Source of the DNA: a virus
DNA length: 64,000 bases
Direction: 5' to 3' (one strand)
Virus record (IMG/VR): IMGVR_UViG_3300017788_004205
Coordinates: 22,813-86,812 of that record
Shown: positions 39,714-48,614 of the stretch, piece by piece
Numbering within the stretch: position 1 is the first letter of the stretch
Layout: every line of letters starts with the position of its first letter
Translations under genes and position numbers: made by a program
Notes under the pieces: generated by a model
What the model was told of the DNA's origin: nothing
Databases searched by the model: none
Seen by the model: only the letters and a program-made list of their open reading frames with translations

Positions 39714-40808
39714 ATGGAAAACAAAAAAAGAATACTCAATTTTCAGAATTTTGTAATCAATGAAAGTTCATTACATGAGTCTAATACAGTAGATATCCCA
39801 GATTCAGAAATTTCAAAGATTCTTGATAGAGATATGACAACATATCTAAAAGGTCGTATGTGGGAAAAAAGTATTGAAGTTTTTTTTGGTAAAGATTATC
39901 TTAAAAAACCAGGTTTCAATCCAGAGAAAGATACTACTCCTATTACCGTAGATAATTGGATTTCAGGCAATGTATCGATTGATGCTGGTGGGTTTTTTAG
40001 AGATTCTTGGCAAGAGACTGACCAATTTTGCAATAGAGCAGTTGAGCTTGTAAAGACAGGTGAGTTATCAGATTTCTTAGGTAAAATTGCAGTCCCAGCT
40101 GGTTGGGCTGGAATAACCGCTGCAACAGTAGCGGGTCTTATAGCTATTGGTGGGATTGCTATTCCAAGTGCTACTATTGCTTCTGGCTTTATAGGAGCGA
40201 CAGGAGGATTAGGATGGGGTGCAATAGCAATTAACACATCTGCGCTTGGTTCATTAGCTCTTAATTTAGCCCCTTTATTTTCGGATAATCCAAAGATTGA
40301 CCCAAGTCTTCAAAGAATAGCAAAGATGGTTATTAACAAAGAAGAAACTATAAAAGAATTTCAAAATGCTTTACAAGAACATTCTGATTTTGAAGCAGAT
40401 TGGGGTCTTGATAATTGGTTATCAGGAATAGATGAGATGCCAGGATGGTCAAAAAGCACTTGGAAAGAAAAAGGAGCAGATAATATAGGCTATCTCTTTA
40501 CTTATTGGATTTCTTATTATTCTTATATTTACTTAAAAACAAAATTTGGAGCTTCTGTTGCTCAGGCTATAAAAAACTTTGAACAGGGTGGCGGTTCTGT
40601 TAAATTGATTGATAAGCCATTTGAAATCAATCAAAAAACATCAATAGAGCCCATTTCTAAGCCTTCTGAGGGGACTTCAGGTTCTACTCCTATAAATTCT
40701 CAAGTTCAAGCACAAGGAAGCCCTGTGGCGACCGCAGATGCCTCAAATTGGGTTAAAAAGAGAGAAGTTACCGTCAATGACGAAGTTCTTTCAAAATATG
40801 GATTCTGA
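39714..40808 (+). CDS. Family B cargo protein with a Gly/Ala-rich hydrophobic hairpin
   Basis: RILNFQNFVINE; NPEKDTT; ~60-aa AGWAGITAATVAGLIAIGGIA...GGLGWGAIA stretch; ALQEHSDF; MPGW; NIGYLFTYWI. Confidence 0.75.
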   Translation: MENKKRILNFQNFVINESSLHESNTVDIPDSEISKILDRDMTTYLKGRMWEKSIEVFFGKDYLKKPGFNPEKDTTPITVDNWISGNVSIDAGGFFRDSWQETDQFCNRAVELVKTGELSDFLGKIAVPAGWAGITAATVAGLIAIGGIAIPSATIASGFIGATGGLGWGAIAINTSALGSLALNLAPLFSDNPKIDPSLQRIAKMVINKEETIKEFQNALQEHSDFEADWGLDNWLSGIDEMPGWSKSTWKEKGADNIGYLFTYWISYYSYIYLKTKFGASVAQAIKNFEQGGGSVKLIDKPFEINQKTSIEPISKPSEGTSGSTPINSQVQAQGSPVATADASNWVKKREVTVNDEVLSKYGF

Positions 40809-40860
40809 TACATTAAAACTTATTTTTTTAACATTATTCGTAATGTAGGTTTTAATTTTA

Positions 40861-40868
40861 GATATATA
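40861..40868 (+). promoter_or_regulatory. GATATATA candidate late promoter
   Basis: 33 nt upstream of GTG 40894. Confidence 0.65.
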
Positions 40869-40893
40869 GAGTAAATCAAAATTTTGAAAAAGC

Positions 40894-42174
40894 GTGATTA
40901 CAAAGTTCGACATATATTCAAATAATAAACTGAATGAGATAGCTGGTATTTATGATGGTTATTATGGGACAACTCTAAAAGATTTTAGAATGTCCGATTT
41001 ATACCAAATTACAGCTCTTTCGGCTCAATCTACCATTGAAATCTTCAATGGTAATGATACATTTCAAACCGCACTTCTTCCTACATCTTCACTTTGGAAT
41101 ATGATTGATGTTGGTTATAAATCATGTACTACTGGTATGCTTTCCTTACTTAAAGCAAATTTCAAGAAATCTGATATAGAAGCGTTTGAAGATTTGCTTT
41201 ATATGAAAGAAAATAAAGATGTAATCAAAAAGGTTGCAAAACTATTAAAAAGCGATATTCAAAATTTCAAGTCTTATTTAGAGACTATTTTGCCTGACCA
41301 AGTTACTAATTTGAAAAAAATCAAAATAGAACGCTCAGATTCAAGTTTTTCTGATGCAAGTAGTCCTATTGATGTTGTTCAAAAAGAAATCTTGATTAAA
41401 ACAAGAAAGTATAGAAACCCAGTTTATATGGTCGGTGTGTTTCTTACAAACTTGATTGGTAATTATCAACCAGCTCAAAATTTCCTTAGTCTTTCTGACT
41501 TTGTTAAAAAATTCGACTTATCTGTATTTCATTCTTTATTTGGTAGCAGTAATCCTATCAATAATTTAGATGAATTTGATAGTATTGTAGAAAAGCCACT
41601 TAAAAAATTAGCAGAGTCTTTTCTTCAAACTTATTATCACATGAGATATTATGACTTAATCCCAGGTGCCGACAATGCTTGGAAATCAGTTGTTATAGTC
41701 CATGCACTTGAAGTTTTGATTGATAATTGTATTTTGGTTGAAGAAGATAAGATTAGCGCAACTCTTGCGGTTAAATTCTCAAAACAAATTAAGAATCATT
41801 CTGAAACTAAAACTTGGATAGGATATGAAGGAGTACAAGAAGCTTCAATAATAAAAAGCATTCAAAAAACTTTACAGGCAATGGGTCTTTTCAAAGGCGG
41901 AATTACAGGTAAATTTGGAGAATTGACACATGCTGCTATTATTAAATTCCAAGAAAATGCTGTTAATCAAGAAGGAAAGAGAATCAAAGTTGATGGTAGA
42001 GTTGGAAAGCAAACAAGATGGGCTCTTGAGCATTTAATGGATTCTTATATTCCATATAAGAAAAAAGAAGACTCTGGAGAAGAAAAGAAGAAAACAAATA
42101 AAAAAGGCGAGGTAGTATGGCCTGAGGTTAATCAAAAAGAAGATGGTAAATCTGCAAAGCCTGTTATAATCTAA
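40894..42174 (+). CDS. Cargo protein with a C-terminal PG-binding domain
   Basis: MITKFDIY..KLNE; IKSIQKTLQAMG..ITGKFGELTHAAIIKFQ..VDGRVGKQTR. Confidence 0.75.
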   Translation: MITKFDIYSNNKLNEIAGIYDGYYGTTLKDFRMSDLYQITALSAQSTIEIFNGNDTFQTALLPTSSLWNMIDVGYKSCTTGMLSLLKANFKKSDIEAFEDLLYMKENKDVIKKVAKLLKSDIQNFKSYLETILPDQVTNLKKIKIERSDSSFSDASSPIDVVQKEILIKTRKYRNPVYMVGVFLTNLIGNYQPAQNFLSLSDFVKKFDLSVFHSLFGSSNPINNLDEFDSIVEKPLKKLAESFLQTYYHMRYYDLIPGADNAWKSVVIVHALEVLIDNCILVEEDKISATLAVKFSKQIKNHSETKTWIGYEGVQEASIIKSIQKTLQAMGLFKGGITGKFGELTHAAIIKFQENAVNQEGKRIKVDGRVGKQTRWALEHLMDSYIPYKKKEDSGEEKKKTNKKGEVVWPEVNQKEDGKSAKPVII

Positions 42175-42184
42175 ACCATATACG

Positions 42185-42643
42185 ATGATTAACTCTTGTA
42201 AGATATTGTCGTTTATTGAGTTTGTAAATGAAGAATACGATACTATCAACGAATTAAAGTATAGTTATATTTACAAAAGAACCCCAAAGAGATATAAAGA
42301 TAGGGCAACAGACATTGAAGTTAAATTCTTAACGAGAAAGGGAAAGAAATACTACTACCGAACTTTTACAAACAGCAATGGCAATAAGCATAAGCAATGG
42401 ATTATGCCATTATATCCAAAACTTCCTTTTGATTCATTAGAAGACCATGTTGTATCGCATTGTGATTGCAATGATTTTAGATATGAAAATGAATGGTTAC
42501 TATGGACAAAAAATGCCTCTAACCTTATATCCTCAAATAGACAGCCTCTAAAGAGTATGAATCCTCAAAGAATTCCAAAATTCTGTAAGCATTTAACTGC
42601 TATAAAAGAAGACTTACATAAGCGTTTGCTTAGTTCTCCTTAA
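42185..42643 (+). CDS. SWIM-like zinc-finger protein with a CTS-like start
   Basis: KILSFIEFVNE; CDCNDF...CKHL. Confidence 0.7.
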   Translation: MINSCKILSFIEFVNEEYDTINELKYSYIYKRTPKRYKDRATDIEVKFLTRKGKKYYYRTFTNSNGNKHKQWIMPLYPKLPFDSLEDHVVSHCDCNDFRYENEWLLWTKNASNLISSNRQPLKSMNPQRIPKFCKHLTAIKEDLHKRLLSSP

Positions 42644-42839
42644 AATGTTCCCTTAGCTTATTAATCACAAGAGAAACATCGCATTTAGAATCAAATGATT
42701 CTATCAATTCTTTGCATATAATCTCTAATTTGCTGTATTTTTTAGAGAGTGTTTGCAAGTTGCTTTTAGTCATTTCGTTGTCTTTTGATTCTTCAAAATA
42801 GATTTCTTGAAGCTCTCTTATTTTTTTTGCATCATTCAT
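42630..42839 (-). CDS. Small hypothetical protein
   Basis: Probable start MNDAKKIRE at 42839 with AAGGA upstream. Confidence 0.55.
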   Translation of the reverse strand: MNDAKKIRELQEIYFEESKDNEMTKSNLQTLSKKYSKLEIICKELIESFDSKCDVSLVINKLREHFKEN

Positions 42840-42860
42840 AGTTAAATCCTTATATTTTAA

Positions 42861-42868
42861 GATATATA
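42861..42868 (+). promoter_or_regulatory. GATATATA candidate late promoter
   Basis: 31 nt upstream of ATG 42892. Confidence 0.65.
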
Positions 42869-42891
42869 CTAACAAACATAAAAAGTTCAAA

Positions 42892-43632
42892 ATGCGGAAT
42901 ATAACACCATATAATCTTTTTGAAGCGTCATCTGGGGCTTTTAAGCCTTTACTTAAAACAGTAGAATATTTGCAAGGTAAAGAATGCGTTTTTATAACAA
43001 CTTCAAATAGATGGGATAAGGAGTTACCAAAATCATCAGAATTAGCGGAAGTTTTAGCTTCTATGATTGACCCTAAACCAAGAATTTTTGACGCATTTAA
43101 ACTTAAAATCTATCCTTGTGAGGGGAATGTTTCTCACAGAGACGGTAATCACTGTGGAGAAGCAAAAGCTATTATGAAGGATAAAGAAAAAAACCCAGGG
43201 AATTTCCTTAGATGTTGGGCTTCTTTAAATAATCCCGATGATGAACTTTGGAGAATTGCAAGTGCAATTTATGAAGCAGATGCTGTTGTGTTTTTTGGTT
43301 CAATTAGATGGGGTTCTATGAACGCAACATATCAAAAACTTTTAGAAAGATTGACTTGGATAGAAAATAGACAATCATCACTTAAAGAAAAAAATCCAGT
43401 AAAAGGAAAAGAAGCAGGTCTTATTGTTCTCGGTCATAATTGGAGAGGCAAAGAAGTTGTAAATCAACAAAAAGACATTCTTGAAATGTTTGGTTTTGAG
43501 ACTCCTAAAGAACTTTTCTTCAATCATCAATGGACAAATGAAATGTATGATGAATCTTTGAAGGGATATGTTCAAGATTCAAAAGAATTTGATGCAAACA
43601 TTTTAGACATAACTGATAGAATAATTCAATAA
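42892..43632 (+). CDS. Flavodoxin-fold NAD(P)H-dependent FMN reductase / iron-sulfur flavoprotein-like; CTS-like start
   Basis: IYPCEGN..C..CWAS..DE; IYEADAVVFFGSIRWG; KLLERL; starts MRNITPYNLFE. Confidence 0.75.
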   Translation: MRNITPYNLFEASSGAFKPLLKTVEYLQGKECVFITTSNRWDKELPKSSELAEVLASMIDPKPRIFDAFKLKIYPCEGNVSHRDGNHCGEAKAIMKDKEKNPGNFLRCWASLNNPDDELWRIASAIYEADAVVFFGSIRWGSMNATYQKLLERLTWIENRQSSLKEKNPVKGKEAGLIVLGHNWRGKEVVNQQKDILEMFGFETPKELFFNHQWTNEMYDESLKGYVQDSKEFDANILDITDRIIQ

Positions 43633-43636
43633 TTAT

Positions 43637-44191
43637 ATGAGTAAAGAGTGGAATTTGAATTCAGGCGAACCTGAATTATTTAACTATTTTGGAAAATGGG
43701 AAAAAAGAAAAGAAACTCCTATTTCAAAACCTGATGTTGTTCTTTATAGAAAAGAAGATGTGGTGAATAATGAGCCTGAGAATGTAGGCTCTATTTTTTT
43801 AAGGGAAATACAAAAACACCATTCTATAGAATCTGGATTTTCAATTGAGAAAATTCAAGATTTGTTTATTAGCGTAGATGGGGTGAAAATTGATTGTCAG
43901 CTTTTGGTTATTAAAACTCCTTGGAATAATATAAAAAGACTTACAGCTTATTCTCCAAAAACACAAGAGGGATTTCAGCAATTTCTTTCTAAAATGAAAG
44001 GAAAGCTTCAATTAGGAAAACAAGGAACTCCTCAAAACCCAGAACCTTTTTGGTCTTGGAATACATTAAAACCTGAGGGTTTGGATGAAATAGAAAAACT
44101 CGGCCCGCCAGTTTTAGTAGAATATGAAGGTAATCAATATTTTGACTATTTATCAAATTTTTTTAAGTCAACTACCACAAAACTGAAATAA
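43637..44191 (+). CDS. Hypothetical protein
   Basis: 184-aa ORF. Confidence 0.6.
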   Translation: MSKEWNLNSGEPELFNYFGKWEKRKETPISKPDVVLYRKEDVVNNEPENVGSIFLREIQKHHSIESGFSIEKIQDLFISVDGVKIDCQLLVIKTPWNNIKRLTAYSPKTQEGFQQFLSKMKGKLQLGKQGTPQNPEPFWSWNTLKPEGLDEIEKLGPPVLVEYEGNQYFDYLSNFFKSTTTKLK

Positions 44192-44256
44192 GAACTTAAA
44201 AACTAAACATATCCTTTCATTTTAATATAAAGAGTATAGATAATAAGGATTTAGAT

Positions 44257-44433
44257 ATGGAAAAGAAACTTACACAGATAGATGAAAATGTTCGTTTTTA
44301 CATTAAAAATAATGTAGAAACTGAACCAGAAACAAAACCTATTCCTACGGAAACACCAGATACGGATAAAAGAAAATATCCAAATCCAAGCACTCCTCCG
44401 CAACCAGATGTAAAACCAGGCCCTAAAAACTAA
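44257..44433 (+). CDS. Small Pro/Thr-rich protein (58 aa; below the track cutoff)
   Basis: My translation: MEKKLTQIDENVRFYIKNNVETEPETKPIPTETPDTDKRKYPNPSTPPQPDVKPGPKN; AAGGA upstream; fills the intergenic gap. Confidence 0.55.
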   Translation: MEKKLTQIDENVRFYIKNNVETEPETKPIPTETPDTDKRKYPNPSTPPQPDVKPGPKN

Positions 44434-44447
44434 TATAGAGAAAAAAA

Positions 44448-45704
44448 ATGTTGGTAGAAGGTCTTTCTAATAACCCAGCTTTTCCTGCTTACAATAAGTG
44501 TAAATCGGAACTGCCCCAGCCAAACATGAGCACATTTATGAGTTTAGGTGGCGAAGGTGTGCATATTAAAAATCAAATTTCTCAAGCTGAGCAAAAAGCA
44601 TTTACAGATGAGGAATTAATAGATATAGCAAAGGAAATAGTAAAAATAATAATAGATGGCTCGGCTGAAGTAAAAAAAGGTCAGACATTTGATGATTTTA
44701 ATTTTGACCTTAGGTTCGTAAGAAAATACGAAGATTTACATTCAGATGTTGATAAAGCTCCATCTGGTAAAAAAGAAACTGAAGAAAAGATAACTATTGC
44801 TATTAAAAAAAGAGAAATCATAAACGCATTAACACAGGGGTTTGCAATCACAAGCCAAAGTAGAATGTTTGATTCGGATATGGATGGTGTAGTGAATAAA
44901 ATAGACTCAGACCTTTTGCAGAAGTATTTTAGATTCTTAAAGGTTACATTAGATTCCCATAAATATGTTAATAGAGAACATTTTTATGAAATGATGAATC
45001 AAATTCAAGAAAGAATTAATTATGCAAAGGAAAATAACTTACCAAGACCGAGTGGCTCTGGTATGGTTGTTCCAGCTAAAATGGAAGTCATATATGTTGA
45101 TGGTAAGCCTGTAATTAAAGTTGAAGCTGAAAACTTAATACTCGCTATTCAAGAAATGGTTAAGGGTGTATTTGAAGTTATATCTCATTTCAGTTTCTCA
45201 ACTTTAAGTAAAGAAGAAAAAGAAAGAATTTACTCAAAAACAGAGAATTGGTTTGTTGAGCAAGAGGGGTTTGTTTTTGGGCCGAAGATGGTAGAAATCT
45301 TCAAACAATTTTTTAGAGAAGTTGAAGACCATCTGATAGTAAAAGGAGTTATACAAGAATATGACGATACGATGATTATCAATTTATTGAACGCTCTTTA
45401 CTATGAAAAAATAACACCTGATGAAAAGTTTATAGAAATATTTTCTTTAATCTTTAATAAAGAATTAGACAAGGAATTGTGGCCTGTCGAAAAAGTCGCA
45501 CAGATTTACACAGAAATTATAGGAGAAAGAGGTTTTTACATACCAAATGGATATGAACCTGATTATGCAGAAGATAATCAAAGTTTAATTGAAGCGGAGC
45601 CACCATCATTGGATGATTTGCTCGATAAGATTATATTATTTGGAGAAGAATCTCTTACCCCAGAAGAAAAGGAATTTCTTAAAAAATATTCAAAAAAGGA
45701 ATAA
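44448..45704 (+). CDS. Hypothetical protein with a C-terminal DUF6576-like motif
   Basis: Ends LDDLLDKIILFGEESLTPEEKEFLKKYS. Confidence 0.65.
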   Translation: MLVEGLSNNPAFPAYNKCKSELPQPNMSTFMSLGGEGVHIKNQISQAEQKAFTDEELIDIAKEIVKIIIDGSAEVKKGQTFDDFNFDLRFVRKYEDLHSDVDKAPSGKKETEEKITIAIKKREIINALTQGFAITSQSRMFDSDMDGVVNKIDSDLLQKYFRFLKVTLDSHKYVNREHFYEMMNQIQERINYAKENNLPRPSGSGMVVPAKMEVIYVDGKPVIKVEAENLILAIQEMVKGVFEVISHFSFSTLSKEEKERIYSKTENWFVEQEGFVFGPKMVEIFKQFFREVEDHLIVKGVIQEYDDTMIINLLNALYYEKITPDEKFIEIFSLIFNKELDKELWPVEKVAQIYTEIIGERGFYIPNGYEPDYAEDNQSLIEAEPPSLDDLLDKIILFGEESLTPEEKEFLKKYSKKE

Positions 45705-45708
45705 TATA

Positions 45709-46365
45709 ATGGTAGTTTCAGAAGAAATGAATGCTTATTTCAATGGTTCACTCTGGCCTGTTGAGAGAGATAAATTAGTTCAATTAGCTAATTCATCCAA
45801 GGGTGAGTTTATCATTGAGATTGGAGTTTTGCGTGGTAAAACGACTAAGTATTTGTTAGAAAATACAAATAAAAAAGTAATAGCAATCGACCCTTTTGAA
45901 ATGACAGACAACAATAATGAAGAAATTAAACAAGAGTTTTTAACTTCATGTAAAGAATATATGGATTCTGGAAGATTGTTTTTTATTCAGCAGAGGTCTG
46001 AAAATGCTCACAGACATTTAACATCATATTTAGTTAAAAACTGTGCTCTTGTGTTTGTAGATTGGGATGCTGATGGAGAACAACATCTAAAAGATTTCAA
46101 AGAATATACTCCTTATATTGCAGAAGACGGATTTTTGGTTGCCCATGATTTTTACGATAGCGGAACATTAGGAAAACATGGTCATATATCACATGCAGTC
46201 TCTGAATACATGAAATTTATAGATAAGCCAATTTGCTGGGAAACTATACTGTATTATCCAAAGCACTCAGATATGTCGGCATGTATGTTGTATTATGGAG
46301 GGTCTCCTGATTTCTTCTATGTCAATAGAAGCAGAGGACTTATTTGGTGTTCTCCTAATTCTTAA
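45709..46365 (+). CDS. Class I SAM-dependent methyltransferase (Methyltransf_24-like)
   Basis: IIEIGVLRGKTT, IAIDPF, LVFVD, GFLVAHDF; start moved to ATG 45709. Confidence 0.75.
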   Translation: MVVSEEMNAYFNGSLWPVERDKLVQLANSSKGEFIIEIGVLRGKTTKYLLENTNKKVIAIDPFEMTDNNNEEIKQEFLTSCKEYMDSGRLFFIQQRSENAHRHLTSYLVKNCALVFVDWDADGEQHLKDFKEYTPYIAEDGFLVAHDFYDSGTLGKHGHISHAVSEYMKFIDKPICWETILYYPKHSDMSACMLYYGGSPDFFYVNRSRGLIWCSPNS

Positions 46366-47303
46366 TTAGAAGCCATTAGTGTTAGCCTCGGTGTGAAATT
46401 CTCTGGATTTACATGGTAGATAGAAAAAGATTTACCTTGTTGGTTTAAATGTTTTTTTAAGTCTAAAAACATTTCTATGTTTCCCATATCATCATCATAT
46501 ACTTCTATAAGATTTGCTTGGGGTAAAGATTCAAGGACTACATTTATCCTACTGTTTTTGTTTAGACCACCTCTTTCTACCATTTTTATTTCATCCAATT
46601 CTAAACCTAATTGCCCAAGAATATCCAAAACCTCAGCTTTAAGACCTACTATTCTATTTGTAAGCAAAACAGTCCAACAAGATTTATCTTTGAAATCTTT
46701 TTTTAATCTTTCAGTTACTTCTTCAATTGGCTTAAATTCAAAGACATCTGGGTCTAAACTTTCTTTTTTTGACCACCAACCGATTTGAGTATATTTTCTT
46801 TTCTTTGCTTTTTCCCACATTGCCCTACCTTCTTCTGCACTGACTGTATCAACCAATGTTTTATCAAAATCGTAAAACGCAACTCTTATTATTTGAGATT
46901 TATCTTTTGGTTCATCTATTAAAGATTCCACAACCTTTACCCCATTTCTTTGTTTGTATTCTACAAGTTTGCCCCTTAAAACAAAAGGAATTTTTAACTT
47001 AAACCAATTCTTTATATTTTTAGCATCTGATGGATTTACCCTTTCTTTTGGATTTGTTGCTACTATGATATAAGGATTATCAAAATCAAGACCTTCTACT
47101 TTTATAGCCATTAATTTATCAGTATAACCAAACTCTATAGCTGTGAAATCAGTAGCCATCCCAATTATATCATTCCTTTCAGCCCTACCGCTGTGTAGTA
47201 TTATATTTTGAGCAAATATATTCCATTCGGGTATAAATGGCTTTAATTTCTTTTTAATCAGTTTTTGAGAATAATCATCTAATTTCAATGCTACATATAT
47301 CAT
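46362..47303 (-). CDS. Degenerate 2H-phosphoesterase-like domain fused to a HAD phosphatase (RNA-repair type)
   Basis: HAD motifs FYDFDKTL, LLTNR and VYDDD; N-terminal domain resembles a 2H/CPDase fold without HxT motifs; start MIYVALK at 47303. Confidence 0.6.
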   Translation of the reverse strand: MIYVALKLDDYSQKLIKKKLKPFIPEWNIFAQNIILHSGRAERNDIIGMATDFTAIEFGYTDKLMAIKVEGLDFDNPYIIVATNPKERVNPSDAKNIKNWFKLKIPFVLRGKLVEYKQRNGVKVVESLIDEPKDKSQIIRVAFYDFDKTLVDTVSAEEGRAMWEKAKKRKYTQIGWWSKKESLDPDVFEFKPIEEVTERLKKDFKDKSCWTVLLTNRIVGLKAEVLDILGQLGLELDEIKMVERGGLNKNSRINVVLESLPQANLIEVYDDDMGNIEMFLDLKKHLNQQGKSFSIYHVNPENFTPRLTLMASN

Positions 47304-47329
47304 GGCAAATAAAAATTTTCTGGTTTCTG

Positions 47330-47337
47330 TATATATC
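47330..47337 (-). promoter_or_regulatory. GATATATA candidate late promoter
   Basis: 34 nt upstream of the minus-strand ATG at 47303. Confidence 0.65.
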
Positions 47338-47342
47338 AATAT

Positions 47343-47372
47343 TAAAAACAAAAGCCGTTAAAAACGGCTCTT
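47343..47372 (-). terminator. Rho-independent terminator
   Basis: Minus strand reads AGCCGTT-TTT-AACGGCT-TTTGTTTTT, downstream of the PRTase gene. Confidence 0.7.
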
Positions 47373-47396
47373 ATATTTTTTTATGTAATCCACAAA

Positions 47397-48086
47397 TTAC
47401 TTCAAGATTGCATATCCAACAACTGATTTTGCACCGCATTTCAAAAGAGCGTCACAAGCTTCTTTTAAGGTTGTTCCTGTTTCTGCATAGTCGTCAATGA
47501 TAGCAACATTTTTTCCTAAAACTTTATGTTCAAGGGAAGGATTAACGCCCAAGAAGTTTTTGATGTTTGCTTTATCTTCTTTTCCAATCTTTTCAATATC
47601 AAAATCTCCATATCTAAAAAGACGAGAAACCTTTTTATCTACACTATCGCTTGTTGTTTTAATGTCATTTCGTGTTTTTGTCAAATAAACAAGGTTCTTG
47701 AGAACCATAGGTTTAATGCCTTCTGAAAAATCAAGTTTATCTACTAAGTCACCTGCGAGATTTGTTTTTGTTGTCTTGATTGTTCCTATAACATCGAAGC
47801 TCTTATCTTTCATGTGGTCTGTGAACATTCTGGATGCTTTGCCGATAAGTTTACCTGCTTTTGTATTATCAAGAGTTTGAACAGAGCCCAAAGCACCTTT
47901 TAATCTTCTTATGTCTGGATTTACCATAGGTCTATTATCTGGGTCCATACCAGCTGAGTTAAAAAGGCATATATTACAACCATTTTCAAGGAGTATTTCA
48001 TCAAGTCTGTAGATTTCAGATTCTGAACTCTCATCTACATTATTGGATTCTCCGATGTAGGATATAAATTCTTTAAAATTTCTCAT
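47397..48086 (-). CDS. Type I phosphoribosyltransferase-fold protein with a CTS-like start
   Basis: PRPP loop VAIIDDYAETGTTL..A..L..GAKSV; starts MRNFKEFISYIGE. Confidence 0.8.
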   Translation of the reverse strand: MRNFKEFISYIGESNNVDESSESEIYRLDEILLENGCNICLFNSAGMDPDNRPMVNPDIRRLKGALGSVQTLDNTKAGKLIGKASRMFTDHMKDKSFDVIGTIKTTKTNLAGDLVDKLDFSEGIKPMVLKNLVYLTKTRNDIKTTSDSVDKKVSRLFRYGDFDIEKIGKEDKANIKNFLGVNPSLEHKVLGKNVAIIDDYAETGTTLKEACDALLKCGAKSVVGYAILK

Positions 48087-48104
48087 AGTAAAAACGTTAA
48101 ATTA

Positions 48105-48124
48105 TTTAGATATATATATCTAAA
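48105..48124. promoter_or_regulatory. Palindromic bidirectional GATATATA promoter
   Basis: Perfect 20-bp palindrome TTTAGATATATATATCTAAA between divergent genes. Confidence 0.7.
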
Positions 48125-48138
48125 ATAAAACCGCTTTA

Positions 48139-48609
48139 TTGGAAAAAAAATTAAAACCCTATAAAGTGAGCACAATTAACCCTAATTTTATGAAAAAACA
48201 TGTTCTTTTGTATGAGGAATTTGCACCCAAAGAAACTGATAGCACAGATTCTTGGGATATCCCAACCTCAAAAAACTGTAAAATTGAGACAATATCACTA
48301 TATGATGAGAATGGAGAGGTGGTCACATATAATCAAGATGACCATGAGGGAACCTTGGTAGGTGATGTATTTTTCAATAATAATAGCCCAAGTGGATATC
48401 AAGGCGATTTATATAGAGATTGGATTGATGGTTCATTGGGTAATGCTGTTATGAACTATATCAATAAAAACTATAATTATATTGAACCTGTTTATATGAT
48501 TGAAGTCGAGCTTTTGCCTCAAGGTGGTAAGAAAACATTCACTTTGGCTTATGATTTTAATGGAAGTGAATATAAATTGAGAGAAAAGAGATATTTACCA
48601 TTAACCTAA
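48139..48609 (+). CDS. Hypothetical protein with a CTS-like segment (alternative start ATG 48190)
   Basis: MKKHVLLYEEF from 48190. Confidence 0.6.
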   Translation: MEKKLKPYKVSTINPNFMKKHVLLYEEFAPKETDSTDSWDIPTSKNCKIETISLYDENGEVVTYNQDDHEGTLVGDVFFNNNSPSGYQGDLYRDWIDGSLGNAVMNYINKNYNYIEPVYMIEVELLPQGGKKTFTLAYDFNGSEYKLREKRYLPLT

Positions 48610-48614
48610 TTTTT

